Shown here: in pieces, positions 27,039 through 39,227 of the stretch
Position numbering within the stretch: the stretch's first letter is position 1
How the letters are laid out: each line of letters starts with the position of its first letter
Assembly: GCA_031835245.2 (NCBI GenBank)
Contig: JAVKOQ020000004.1
Location: 248,001 to 312,000 of the forward strand
DNA: 64,000 nucleotides
Source: Balamuthia mandrillaris
Lineage: Eukaryota
Direction: 5' to 3'
Position numbers and translations under genes: made by a program
The notes under the pieces: generated by a model
Seen by the model: the letters and a program-made list of their open reading frames with translations, nothing else
What the model was told of the DNA's origin: nothing
Database searches by the model: none

Positions 27039-30000
27039 GATGGGGATGAGAGCACTAGAGATGAGAGAAAACATGCAGGAAAAGAGAGAAGAGAAGAGGT
27101 ACAGTTTGATTAAATCAGCGACGTTAAATGGGTCTTGACCTTCGAGAGAGGGTGGACGACCTCCCTCCTTGAAGAACAGATCAAAAGCAGTTTGTAACTG
27201 TTCCACCACAACTGAACTTCCCGATTGAGTGAACAAATCTTCTTTCGTGATTGCTGTAAAAGACGCCAAAGTTGACTTAAGAAATGAAACAACTATGGAG
27301 AATGTATTGCTTATTGGAAGGGAGTGTTGTTACCATTTCGAGAGAGATAGTTTACACAGGAGTAGACGACGTAAGGAATACCTAGTCGGTGTTGCTTTTC
27401 ATTCAACAATACTTCAACGAGAGTACTTCCGAACACTTTGAAGAAAGGCATGTTAATGTTCACACAATGAAGAACGGAGAACGCAAAGTTGTTGGGAGGA
27501 ATAAATACCTCCTTTGGGCTTCAAGCGCTGGATTGCGTTTTTGATGTCCTTCATCCAAACTTGTTTCGTGTCCAAAGTGGCAAACTGAAAAGTGGCTCTA
27601 AGAGAAGGCGTCTTCAAGTCAAAAGAGTGTCCACCATGTGGCTTCGTTGTAGTAATAAAGGATGAAGCCCTTGGGCTTACAAGTTGCCTTATTGCCGAGC
27701 TTTTTCGTTTGCGTTCTGTATGTTTGTTTTTTGATTGGAAACATAGTTAAAACGAAGATATCAGGCTTTCTTCTTCTTTTGTCGCTTATCGTTCTTCATT
27801 CATTCATCTGTTCCCGCTCTCTTCTCTCCATCCTCTGCTCTTCTGCGTGTTCTTCTCTCTCCTCTCTATTTACCTGTTGTGGATTCTTTCTTTTCCTTCT
27901 TCTTTGCTTTCTTCTCTACCTCCGAAGATTTCTTTGCAGAGGAAGTCACATTGCTGTTGTTGTTATTCTCCAAATCCGTTTCTTTCAAGGAGATGGCCAT
28001 CTTCACGTTGTACTCTTTCCTACGAACGAGCCCTTTGCCGTCACCGTCCACCGACATTGATGCTCTCGTTAACCTTTTCCACTTGCCACTTCCACCTCCA
28101 ATGGAGTTTTGTATTTGTTGTTGCTGCTGTTGTTGTTGTTGCAGCAGTTGTTGCTGCTGCTGTTGCTGCTGCTGCTGTTGTTCCTCGTAGAACGGCATCA
28201 ACTTGGTGAGAATGAATTCGTTCACGATGGCTTTCTTCTTTTCCACTGCTAGACTTTCGCGACTTTGGCGTTGGGCCAGCTGACGCTTGGAGGCGACAGC
28301 ATTGCAGACCAACAAAACGTCGTCAAATACAAAGACATAGCGCTTGTGTCCGTTGACCACCACCTTGCCCTCTCGTTTGTACCGACGACGTATCGGCTTT
28401 CCAACTTTTTTTGTGTTGAAGAAATAATGAAGAAGAATGAATAAGGAATAACTAAGAGAAGCTAAAAGACAGAGAGAGAGAGAGAGAGAGAGAGAAATAG
28501 AAGAGAAACGAGAAGCGAAAGAACAGAGGGAAGAAAAGCGAGAAGAGAAAAGAGATAGGTGAAATGAAAACGAAGAAGCACGAAACGATCAATGAACAAG
28601 AGGAAAGAAAGGAAGAGGAAAGGTACGATGGTCTTGAGAGGCGAGAAGATCATAGCCATGAATGCGCGGAGCGAGTGCCAACAACAAAGCTTTATGCGGA
28701 GCTTCTTCCAAGGCAACAGGGACCTGTTCCTGTATTCTTTTCAGGTTTGCAAGCGAGTTTTTTATCGCGCTTTGGTCGCAGTGATTTACTGGAGTGTTTT
28801 GAGCAAGTTCCTTTTATATCAAGGAGAAAAAATAGGTTAACCAGAAAGAGAAAGAGAAAGAGAAACGACGAAAGAGAGAGAAAGATAAAGAGAAACGACG
28901 AAGAGAAAGAGAAACGACGGAAGAGAAAGAGAAACGACGAAAGACAAACGACGAGAGAGAGACAGAGACAGAGACAGAGACAGAGACAGAGACAGAGACA
29001 GAGACAGAGACAGAGACAAGAGACAGAGACAGAGACAGAGACAGAGACAGAGACAGAGACAGAGACAGAGACAGAGACAGAGACAGAGACAGAAGAGAGA
29101 GACAGAGACAGAGACAGAGACAGAGACAGAGACAGAGACAGAGACAGAGATAGAGACAGAGACAGAGACAGAGATAGAGACAGAGACAGAGACAGAGAGA
29201 GAGAAATATACTTCAATAATAGGAACAAGATCGTTAATGTCATTCAATGCCCGAGTAAAGTAATGCTGAAGAGTGCAGCCAAGTATTCCTTCTTGCTATA
29301 GCCATTAAAAAAAAGTGAGCAGTGTGCTTTCTTGTTTGGAAAAAAGATAAACGATAAAAAATAATGTGAGATGAAAACCAAAACAGAAACGAACGACTTA
29401 CTTCTTCTACGAATCGGTTTAACATGGGATTGAGCCGACAATAGAAAGAGAGAGCCGCGTAAGCGTAATGCGAGTGTCCTGCTATCGTTACATAACTTTT
29501 GGCTCCAGCCACCTGTTGCACCACAACAACAAAAAGAGGAGCGAGCACGAGCAGAGAAGAGAAGAGAAAAAGAGAGGAGAGACATGAGAACGAGAGGCAG
29601 AGAAAGAACAAGACACGAGACGAGAGGAACGAGAGAAGCGGAGAAGCAGAGAAGAGAAGAGAGAAGCAGAGAAGGTGAGAACCAGAGAACCGGAGAAGAG
29701 AAGAGAAGAGAAGAGAAGAGAAGAGAAGAGAAGAGAAAGAGAAGAGAAGAAGAAGAGAAGAGAAGAGAAGAAGAGAAGAGAAAGAGAAGAGAAGAGAAGA
29801 GAAGAGAGAGAAGAAGAGAACGATGAAGAAGAGAAGAGAACGATGAAGAGAAGAGAAGAGAAGAGAAGAGAAGAGAAGAGAAGAGAAGAGAAGAGAAGAG
29901 AAGAGAAGAGAAGAGAACGACGAAGAGAAGAGAAGAGAAGAGAAGAAGCAGAGGAGCAGAGGAGCAGAGAAGCAGAGAAGGTGAGAACCAGAGAACCAGA

Positions 30001-30587
30001 GAAGAGAAGAGAGGAGAGAACCCAAGACGAGGAGAGCGAAGAGAGAGGAGCGAACAAGAGGCAAGAGAAGGGGACTAGAGAACAAGAGAAGAGGAACAGA
30101 CGACAACATACCAGCTTCTCAAGCACGCGGCCCAGGCCCTCCACATTGGGGAACAGGCTCTCGTAGCGCTCGCAAAGCTTGAGCACCGTCCGGCTGTGCC
30201 GCTTGTGCAGCTCCTCTATGACGTCCAGGTAGTCCTCAAAGAGGGAGGCGTCCCTCAGGAGGTTGCCCCCCGTCTTCATGGGGATGATGAGAGCGTCCAG
30301 CATGGGCGAGATCCTGTCTACGCACTGGGCCTCCTTCTGGATCAGCTTGCGAATGGCTTCGTTTCTGTTGATCATTTTTTGTTTAAAGTCTCTATCTATT
30401 TTTTTAAATACTAAAAGTGAGGAACGAAGAGAGAAGAAAGAAAGAAGAAAGAAAGAAAACAATAACCCCATGCTTGGTAGTGTTTTCGAAGGAGCTGCCC
30501 GCGCACATGCGCTTGCACCTTGCAGATCCGTCGGATGATTTCTTCGCGTTTCTTCTGTTGCGTCGCGTTTGCACCGCTTTTGTCCAT
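26388..30587 (-). CDS. IQ - DH (RhoGEF-like) - PH - RhoGAP-like protein, multi-exon
   Basis: IQ VQAHVRGQLLRK. DH-like RNEAIRKLIQKEAQCV..IEELHKRH. PH REGKVVVNGHKRYVFVFDDVLLVC..KQVWMKDIKNAI. RhoGAP VFGSTL..GIPYVV..DPFNVADLIKL|YFRELPEPLMT..NGMKASTLALIFGPALI. Confidence 0.8.
28958..29200. repeat. (GAGACA)n intronic microsatellite
   Basis: Near-perfect hexamer array. Confidence 0.9.
29693..29945. repeat. (GAAGA)n intronic microsatellite
   Basis: Pentamer array with interruptions. Confidence 0.88.
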
Positions 30588-31048
30588 TTTGTTAAAATTC
30601 TTTCTGGTCCAAGAAGAGAAAGAAAAGGGTTTGATCACATGGAGAGAGAGAAAAAAAAGGCTTTCGTCTTCCTCTTCCTCTTCCTCTCTCTCTTGCAGCT
30701 TCTTCTTCTGGTTTATTATTTTCTTTGCACGCCCAATGTAACGCCCTCTGTAATGACCGAAGCAATTCATTTATCCTACTATCATCTGAAGGTGACGTGT
30801 ATAATGCTTTATATGGTAAAATATGATCAGTTATTGAAAGATCTGCAGATTTTCTGATTTCTTATTGGCGCCTCTATGGTAAACTGACGTCAGTGCCGTT
30901 CAGACCAGGACTGAGCGGCAAGAGGATAGAGAGAGAGAGAGAGAACTATGGTTTCAAGCATTGTAGTAACGTTATTGATGAGAGTACAGTGGTTTCCATA
31001 CAAACGACTGACGAATGGGGTTAGAATTGCAGCACCATGTGCACACAC

Positions 31049-31614
31049 TCATTCATAGCAGTCGTTGAAGACCTCATCCAGACAAATGGTAACGAGCACC
31101 ATGAAGGCCAGGTCCACGTTGGGCGCGACGGTGAGCAGGTAGGAGTCCTTGCCGGCCAACAGATTCCTCCAGCGAGCGGTGCACGTGGGCGATGGTCCGG
31201 CCGCCGAGCTGGAAGGTTAAGTCTCGTGCCAGGCAGCTGCCCCTGATGTGGATCTCCTCCGCGTTGGACTTGAGCTGAAAGAAGCTTTTCTCGGCGATGG
31301 AGGCTATGTTCTTCCTCCGATCGGGCGTGTGGATGTCCTCCTGCGCTTTGAATGCGAGCAGCTTCTTAAGGATCAACCCGAGCTCTTTGCCGTGGCTGTC
31401 GTAGAGCACCTTTTGCTCCCGCAAGGAGAACACGTTGCCCTTGACCTGCAGCACCTCCCGCTGGTTGTTGTCAAGGATACGGAAGGAGTCCCCAGACAGA
31501 GACCATATCTTCTCCTGCAGTACCACCGTCACGGGCTCGCGCTCGTTGATGGCACCGCGCGGAGGAGCCTGCAGCTCCACGCCTCCGCTGTCACCATCAG
31601 GTTTCGGGCTGCAT
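31049..31614 (-). pseudogene. LURP-one-related / Tubby C-terminal-like (scramblase fold) gene, frameshifted
   Basis: VVLQEKIWSLSGDSFRILD..VKGNVFSLREQKVLYD..IKKLL-type core. The family-like C-terminus NLLAGKDSYLLTVAPNVDLAFMVLVTICLDE lies in another frame from about 31171, and the nearest ATG (31614) is out of frame. Confidence 0.7.
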
Positions 31615-32009
31615 GCTGCACTTTGCTCTGTTGCATAACAAGAAAACCCGGTCTCGCGTTGCTTCCACCTCGCCAAAGGCAACAAAAGGAAATGATATCC
31701 ATTGTGCCATGAGGTTTTAGTGCCCCACGTGAGGAGGTGGAAGAGCGGGCCAATCTCTGCTGAAACGCGGGTCGACTCCTCCAAGGTGACCAGCATATTT
31801 AAGAAAACAACAGGAAACAACAACGTACATTCTGAGGCTCCGCTGAGGCAAAGCTATGTTGCAGTCTCTCTTGGCGGATTTAACCGCGGCCGCCCTTGTT
31901 GACCTCGCTGCTTCCTCCTTCCATACGCAATGATGTCCTGGATCTTGGCCACAGATGGCAGCAACTCTTTTGGGATGGCCGTGGGCAAGCCGGACATTGC
32001 TCGGCTTCC

Positions 32010-32109
32010 AGGTTCTTTGGTGCAACGGCAAAATGGACTGACCGTCAGCCACTGCAAGCAACAAACGAATGACGGCCTTGCACCGTTTTGTCGTTGCACC
32101 AAAGAACCT
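32010..32109 (+). other. 100-nt fold-back with a 27-bp stem (two G-U pairs); candidate pre-miRNA or small inverted duplication
   Basis: AGGTTCTTTGGTGCAACGGCAAAATGG (32010-32036) pairs with CCGTTTTGTCGTTGCACCAAAGAACCT (32083-32109). Inner stem CCGTCA/TGACGG. Confidence 0.8.
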
Positions 32110-32571
32110 CAGAGAGTGCTGGGGGGTTTTTCCAACGACAGCGAAAGGCAACAGGGGCACCAGGGACAAGCCAAGCATGAAGTGGGGTAAATTCTTCACA
32201 TGGAGTGCAGTTGATGAAACGTTTTTCATTATGTGGGAACTGGTGCTGCTGCTTTCTCTTTTGACGAAAAAAATATCGAAAACAACTACTGTTTTTTTAT
32301 TTTGTCAAAGGTCATCCAATCTAAATATAGCCATATTTTTAAACTCCGAATATATTTCGGACTTTTATAACAAATCATAATTCATATAGCAAAACTTACT
32401 ATCCAATGAATTTCAATCCCTTAAGGACTACCCGTTTTTGTCCTATAATTCCAAAACAAACGCCTAAAAACCAAATTTCGGTCTCACTCAAAGAGAAACG
32501 GTGGGACTCCCGTAGCTCCCTGCTCGACAAAAAACACTTTTTTGGAAGGAATAATTAATAATAATAATAAT

Positions 32572-32602
<31 letters not shown>

Positions 32603-32658
32603 CACTTCAGGGGAGGGAGAACTGAGCACGCCCCATAGTCGTTCAGGTTGAGCAACGT

Positions 32659-33940
32659 TCATGAAGAAGCCGCCGCTGCTGCTGTCGCGGTACTAGCGAG
32701 CCCCTCCACCTGTGGCTGTGTGGAGAGCTTTTGCGACGCTCCCACCATGCTCACATCGTTCCTCTCCTTCTCCTCAGCGGCCATCAGCATCGTCATCATC
32801 GCGGCCGCCTGCTGCAACTCCCTGCGTTGCTGCTGCTCCTGCTGCTGCTGATAGTGGGCCAGATAGGCGTGGTAGCGCTCCCGCATGGCGGCATCCTCCG
32901 GGAAGTCCTCCTTCATGGTCTTCTCCAGCGCCGCCACCAACCTGCCCATCATGGCATCCGTGTGGAAGGGGCTGGGCGTCAGCCTCAGGCGCTCCTGCCC
33001 TTTGGGCACCGTGGGGTAGTTGATGGGCTGCACGTAGATGCCGTGGGCGTGCAACAGCCTGTCCGTGATGCGCTTGCAGCGCGTGGCCTCGCCCACCCAC
33101 ACCGGGACGATGTGGCTCGCGGAGGGCATCAACGGCAACTCGGCCTGTCTGACCAGGGTCTTGAGCCTTTGGGCGCGCTCCTGGTGCTTCTCCCTCAGTT
33201 GGGGGTTGGTTTTGAGAAAGGCGACGCTGGCGCGAGCGGCAGCGGACATGGGAGGGTTCAACGAGGTGGTGAAAATGAAGCCGGGGGCGAAGCTGCGGAC
33301 GGCATCCACCAGCGAGGAGCCAGCGGCGATGTAGCCGCCGCCAACGCCAAAGGCCTTGGCCAGGGTGCCGGAGATGATGCTTATGCGATCGGCCAGGCCT
33401 TCCTGCTCGGCAATGCCGCCGCCACGAGGGCCATAGAGGCCCACGGCGTGCACCTCGTCGCAAAAAGTGAGGGCGTTGTGCTCCTCCGCCACATCGCAGA
33501 TCTGTTTCAACGGGGCTATGCTGCCCTCCATGCTGTAGACTGACTCGAAGATGACCATCTTGGGACGGTCTTTGGGGTACTCCTGCATGAGGGAGTGCAA
33601 GTGATCGGCATCATTGTTGCGGAAGACGCGTTTCTCGAGGCCTGAGTGGCGGATGCCTTGGATCAAAGAGGCGTGGTTGAGCTGGTCGGAGAAGAGCACC
33701 ATGTCAGGGAAGATTTTGGCAAGGGTGGTGATGGTGGCCTCGTTGGCCACGTAGCCAGACGAGAAGAGCAGCGCAGCGTCCTTTTGGTGAAGGTCGGCTA
33801 GCTCGCGCTCCAAGGCGACGTGGTGGTGGCTTGTGCCGGAAATGTTTCTTGTTCCTCCTGCTCCTGCTCCACACTTAATGTTTTGGTATTAACGGTAAGC
33901 AGAAGAAATCCAAAAACAAAACAAAAAAAAAAAACAGAGG

Positions 33941-33982
<42 letters not shown>

Positions 33983-34857
33983 GAGCAACAAAAAAATCGT
34001 ACTTTGGTGACGGCTTCGATGAAAGCGGAAGTCACAACAGGGTTTTGGCCTTGGCCGAGGTAATCGTTGGAACACCATACAGTGACGGGTTTGGTGACTC
34101 CTGGTTGGGCGGGGTCATGAAGGAGCGCTTCCGGAAAGTGTCCGGCCCTCCTTTCCAAGTGGGCAAACACCCTGTAGCGACCTTCCTGCTTGATGCCTTC
34201 CAGATGTTTGTCAAAAGCGGCGTCGTAGGTGTTGCGTACTGCTTCCGCAGTCTTTCTTTGCTTGTCTTCTATCCATGTTTCACGTTTAGAATGAGAATCT
34301 AAAGAAAAGAGAGGGGGTAAGAAAAGAAAACAAGAAAACTAACCAACAGAAAGTTTGGAGAGACCCGTGGAGGTCCGACCAGAAGCCCTCTTGGCAGCTT
34401 TCAACTCGGACAGGACCTCATTCTCCACTGAAACCGGGCGCGAGGAAGGCGTTGGACCGTTGGTAAGTGCCTTTCTCAGGGAAGCAGCATCCAAACCGAG
34501 CATGGACTCCCCGTCTTGTTTTAGCTGTTGTTCCTCCTCCTCGTCCAGGAACTCGTCTCGGCGCTCGTCCATGGGCTCTCCGCCGAGATAGGGCAGGGCC
34601 AGCTCCTCCAAGGAAGTGGGAGTGGGAGGTAAGGACATGGGGGAGGGGAAGTGCGCCTTGGAGCCGACGTGGCTCACCGGGCTTTCGTGGTGGTTGTTCA
34701 GCTGCACCATGCCGAGGAAGGGGCACTGGCCCGCAAAGTTAGCCATGTAGGCGGCCGAGTGTTGCTTGGTGTTCATCTTGAGAAAGGGGCATTGGCTGCC
34801 CAGCGCTGCCTTGGCCGCGGCCTTGGCCAGCCCAGGTCGTTTGGTGGTGGAAGCCAT
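32659..34857 (-). CDS. ALAS: 5-aminolevulinate synthase (mitochondrial, C4 pathway), spliced
   Basis: [77 protein letters not shown]-lysine motif [34 protein letters not shown]. Confidence 0.96.
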
Positions 34858-34999
34858 TCGACTATAATCGTTTGACAGCAAGTTTTTTTTGGTTTGGGGT
34901 AAAAAGCTTTTTCTTCCTGTTTGATGAGAGGACGCAGATTAGAACCGTGACTGTAGGCAAAGAGAAAAGCAGGGAAGAGAGCAGTGTGCAGCGGAGAGG

Positions 35000-35037
<38 letters not shown>

Positions 35038-35879
35038 GATGGGTTTCATCAAACCAGACGTAAGTTAACACAAACAAAAAAAAGAGCTCCTGGCCTCTTT
35101 GTTTTGATCAACAAAAAAAAGGAAATCAGAAGAACAAGAAAAAAAGAACAAACTATTCGAGAAAGTGGAAACTTTGTGTTGTTGTTGGTTGGTGGGGAGG
35201 GAAGGTGCGAAGGTCCCCCGAAGAAAAGAGGCAGAGATTCAAGGGAGAGAAAAGATGGTTTCGTGTATGTATGTTTTCTGTTTTTTTTGAAAAAAAAAAC
35301 AAAAAGAAAAGGGTGTCCCAGCCAACAACAACAACAACAACAAAAAACCAAGAGAAAGAAATGAAGCAATGAAAACAACCACATAAAAAACTCTCAACAA
35401 AAAATGGAGAGTGAAGGCTGTTTGAGTAGCGAAAAAAAACAAAAAAACGGAGAATTTTTTTTCGAGTAGCAACGAAAAAAAAAAAAAAGGACTTGGGTGG
35501 TACCTTCAAAAGTATGCGTTGGCAAGAAAAAGATAAAATCAATAAAATCAATAAAACCGGGAAGTCGTGTGAGGAAGGCGGTGGTCTTGTGCTCGTACGC
35601 GTTGGGAGGCCGAGGAAGATAGCGCTTTTTTTTTTCTTGTTTTCCCCTTTTCTTTTTCGTCAGAGACGCCAAGGAAAAATCAAACTCCGTATTTTTGTCG
35701 ACCGACCTGATTGAATGGCGTTGCGGATTGGTCGTTTGATTCTGATTGGAAACGTAATTAAGATCCAAGCTACCGATCACAAGGACATATTAAATGCCGA
35801 CATATGTGATGTCATTGATCGGAATGCTAAGAATGGTTGGCATCTAAGGAATCCGAAAGGAACAAAAGAAAAAAAAAAG

Positions 35880-36061
35880 ATGGAAGGAAAGGGTGGATTA
35901 CGCTCGTCGTGGGTGTGCTTGTACGCTGCCGTGGTGGGCGCCGTTGCGTTCGCGGCGACACTCGGGCATCTGGTCGTGTTTTTCCAGCCAGCCGAACCAT
36001 CTTCCATCCGTTCCACGCAGGTTACTCTCCGTTTTTTTTTTGTCTGCTACCCGATTTTGAC

Positions 36062-36098
<37 letters not shown>

Positions 36099-36610
36099 TT
36101 CTTTCTTTCTTTCGTGCGTTAGAGCTTACGGGACTTTCGTGAGGCGCCGTGGGCCAACAAAGTGGACGTTCTCCTGGACCTCTTGACGGACGCAGCGCTG
36201 ATCGGCTTGTTCGTGCTGCAGCACCGCTTTTTGACGGCGGTGCACAAGCGGTGGCAGAAGCACGGCCTTCACCCCAACCTTGCCCGCAGTCTCTACGTGT
36301 TGGCCACTTGCTGCTGCTTCGAGGTATTTGCTCCTTTGGCTCTTTTAAAAAAGTTTTTCCTTTCTTCTAAGAACTTATTTTTTGTTTCCATTCCGTAGTT
36401 GATGATCGCGTTTTGGCGGGTGCTGCCGAGCTTGCAGCAGAACGGGTGGTGGTGGCATGAGACTTACCTTTGGAGCACCGTCTATTATGCTGGCTGGTTT
36501 GTTTATTCTGCTTCTGTTCTCTCGTTCTCTCGAGTCTTGACTGCTTCTCTTCTGTCCTCACATCTCCCATCTATGTCTTCTCTGCTCTGTCTCCCTCCTC
36601 TTTGTCTCTC

Positions 36611-36651
<41 letters not shown>

Positions 36652-37104
36652 CTCGTCTTCCCTTCTCTCGGTCTCTCATTCCCTCGTTCTCTCGTCCTCT
36701 CATTCTCCCATTCTCGCTTTCTCTGCTTCTGTCTTTCGTCCTCTCGGTCTCTCATTCTCTTGTTCTCTCTCTCTCTCTCTCTCTCTCTCTGCTCCTCTCG
36801 TCTTCTGCTCCTCTGCTTACCTCCAACTATTTAAAACAAACAAAACAGGATACTAGCAGCTCTTCAAACCTTCTTTCTGCTCGACCCGCTAAACTTTATC
36901 GGCTTCCAACAAGACAAACAACAAGAACGCGGGTTGGAACGTCTCTTCCAGCACATGCGGCATCCGCTTTGCACTGCCGTTCTCCTGATCCTTTGGTCGC
37001 GGGGGCTTTGGACGTTGGACCGATTGATGCTGTCCTCTTGTTTGACGGCGTATCTCTTCCTGGGACATCGCTTGGACGAGCAAGATCTTTCCTTTGTCTC
37101 ATAA
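35880..37104 (+). CDS. Nurim-like (ICMT-family) multi-pass membrane protein, spliced
   Basis: Hydrophobic exons with LFVLQH, RSLYVLAT, FWR, and last exon LFQHMRHPL..LILW..TLDRLML..TAYLFLGHRLDEQDL, the nurim pattern. Confidence 0.75.
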
Positions 37105-37226
37105 AACGACAAAGAAGAAGGAAGAAGGAAGAAGGAAAGAGGAGAAGAAAGCAAAAATAAGAAGGACAAGTGTTTAAAAAGAAGGTTCGTTTCGCACACG
37201 AAAAAAAAAAAGGTTTGTTTTTTTTT

Positions 37227-39227
37227 TCAAGAGTGAGAAATGTTGCTGCCTTTGGCAAAGACTTCGGCCAAAGAGTTCTTCAAGCACTGGAAGTTATAGT
37301 TGAGAAGGCCATGCTTGTCAAAGTGTTCCTTTCGGAGCAAACAAACCAACGCCAGATATCTGTTTATCATTCGAAAAGTGAGAAAGAGAAAGAGAAAGAA
37401 AAGAGAAAGAAAGAAAGAAAGAAACGACAAGAAAGAAAGGACAATAACGAAACGACAAGAACGAAAGAAAGAAAAAAGACAAAAGAAAGAACAACGAGAA
37501 GAAAATCGTACTTGTTGACTTCCCGAAGGTAGAGGACCATTCCGTTGTTGAGTTTGATGATGGACTGTGATTTTTCATCATAGGCCAAACCTTCTGTTTC
37601 ATCTTTCATTCTATTTATTTGACGTTGCAAAAGAAAAAAAAAGAAATGGATTAGGAAAGGCAAAGAAAGAAGGACAGCGAAAGAGATACCCATAGATGCA
37701 AGAGACGTCGATGACCACGTCGATCATGTCGCTGCACAACTCGTAGGTTTGCATGTCAACGGAGGCACTGTCTGTGGCCACGTAGATCTTGCTCACGACA
37801 TCTATCAAGAAAGACTTTTCCAATCGGCAATTCTTTGATTGCAGGAATGGTGAGAAAGAAAGATAAGCAACTAGAGAAGAGAGAAAAGAGGAAAATAAAA
37901 GCAAAAGAGAGAGAGACAAAAGAGAGTTACGTTGTTGAGAATGTCTAAAAGGTTTTCGAGAGTGGGTAGCTGAGGGATGAGTTTTTGGATCACTTTGCTG
38001 AAGGCCTCAAAGATAGAGTGGTCGTAGATGCTAGTGAGGTAGAAGCTGAGGTGCACATCGTCCAGTCCGGCCTCAGCCAGATCGTCCATGGCTTGTTGCT
38101 CTATATCTCGTTGTGACTCTGTACAATATATAAAAGAAAGAAAAGAAAGAAGGACAAAATGAGATGAGAGCAAAGAAAAGAAAAGCAGAAAAGCAGAAAA
38201 GCAGAAAAGCAGAAAAGCAGAAAAGAAAAAAACAGAGAAGAGACAAGAGAAAGCAGCAACAAACCGATTTTGTGATCGTCAGACAGTCCGTCGACCTTGT
38301 GAATGAAGACCTCGAAGCATATGCGAGGATTGACCTGTACGATACAGAGGGAATACGTTCAGTAAAGGAGAGAGAGGCAAGAGCGAGAAGGGGTATATAC
38401 TTTGTAGGCTTTGGTAACAGTAATGTGCAGCTTCCTAAGAGCCTCTTCGTATTCGTCCTGTGTTTAGTGCAAATGTTATGAGTTCGTCTCTCTCCCTCTA
38501 TCTCTATCTCAATCTCTATCTCTTGTATCCTTATGCTCGTTTCTCTCTTCATTATTTTTTCCGCCCTTTCTTTCTTCTTCACTGCATAAAACAAACCTGA
38601 GCATCGATGACGAAGATCAAAGCGCCACAACCACCGAAAATGGCGTCCGAGTCAAAGGCAGGGTCAAAGAAGTCGAGTTGTCCAGGAAAGTCCCATATCT
38701 GGAACTGCACAAACGAGCTGTTGGAGATATCTGGTGGTCACAAAGAATAAGTAAAAAGAAAAAGAAGAGAGAAAGAACATCAGTATGACAAAGGAAGTAA
38801 AATAAACGAACGAAGAACAAAAAGAAAAAAAAAGCAAACCATTCTTGACGATCTTGTTTGTGGTTTCCAGGAAGAGAGTCTCGTTGGGCGACATTTTGTG
38901 GAAGACAACTTTTTGGATGCTAGACTTGCCGCTCCTAGACGTTGCCATTCAATGCAAAGAAGTTAGAGATTAACAGAGAAAGAGAAACGACAAGCGACCA
39001 GAAGCACGCGAGAAAGGAGAAGCAGAGAACCACGGAGAGAAAGAAAGAGGAGAGGGAAGAGGGAAGAGAGAACGAGAGGAAGAGGGAAGAAAGAACGAGA
39101 GGAAGAGAAAGACCGAGCGAGGGAGAGAACGAGAAAAGAGATGAGAAGTGGAAGAAAAAAAACAATAAACAAACCTTCGGAGACCCATCAACAAGATACG
39201 GGGCTTGTTCTCGTTGTGAGCCGGCAT
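37227..39227 (-). CDS. RRAGC: Rag C/D (Gtr2) GTPase, multi-exon; true start may be slightly upstream
   Basis: [97 protein letters not shown]. Confidence 0.95.

Noticed and set aside
32731..33543. Long plus-strand ORF opposite ALAS
   Set aside because: Antisense shadow caused by GC-rich codon usage, with no recognisable motifs.
34858..35700. Iron-responsive element in the ALAS 5' region
   Set aside because: The only CAGTGT I noticed (~34982) is on the antisense strand and has no IRE stem.
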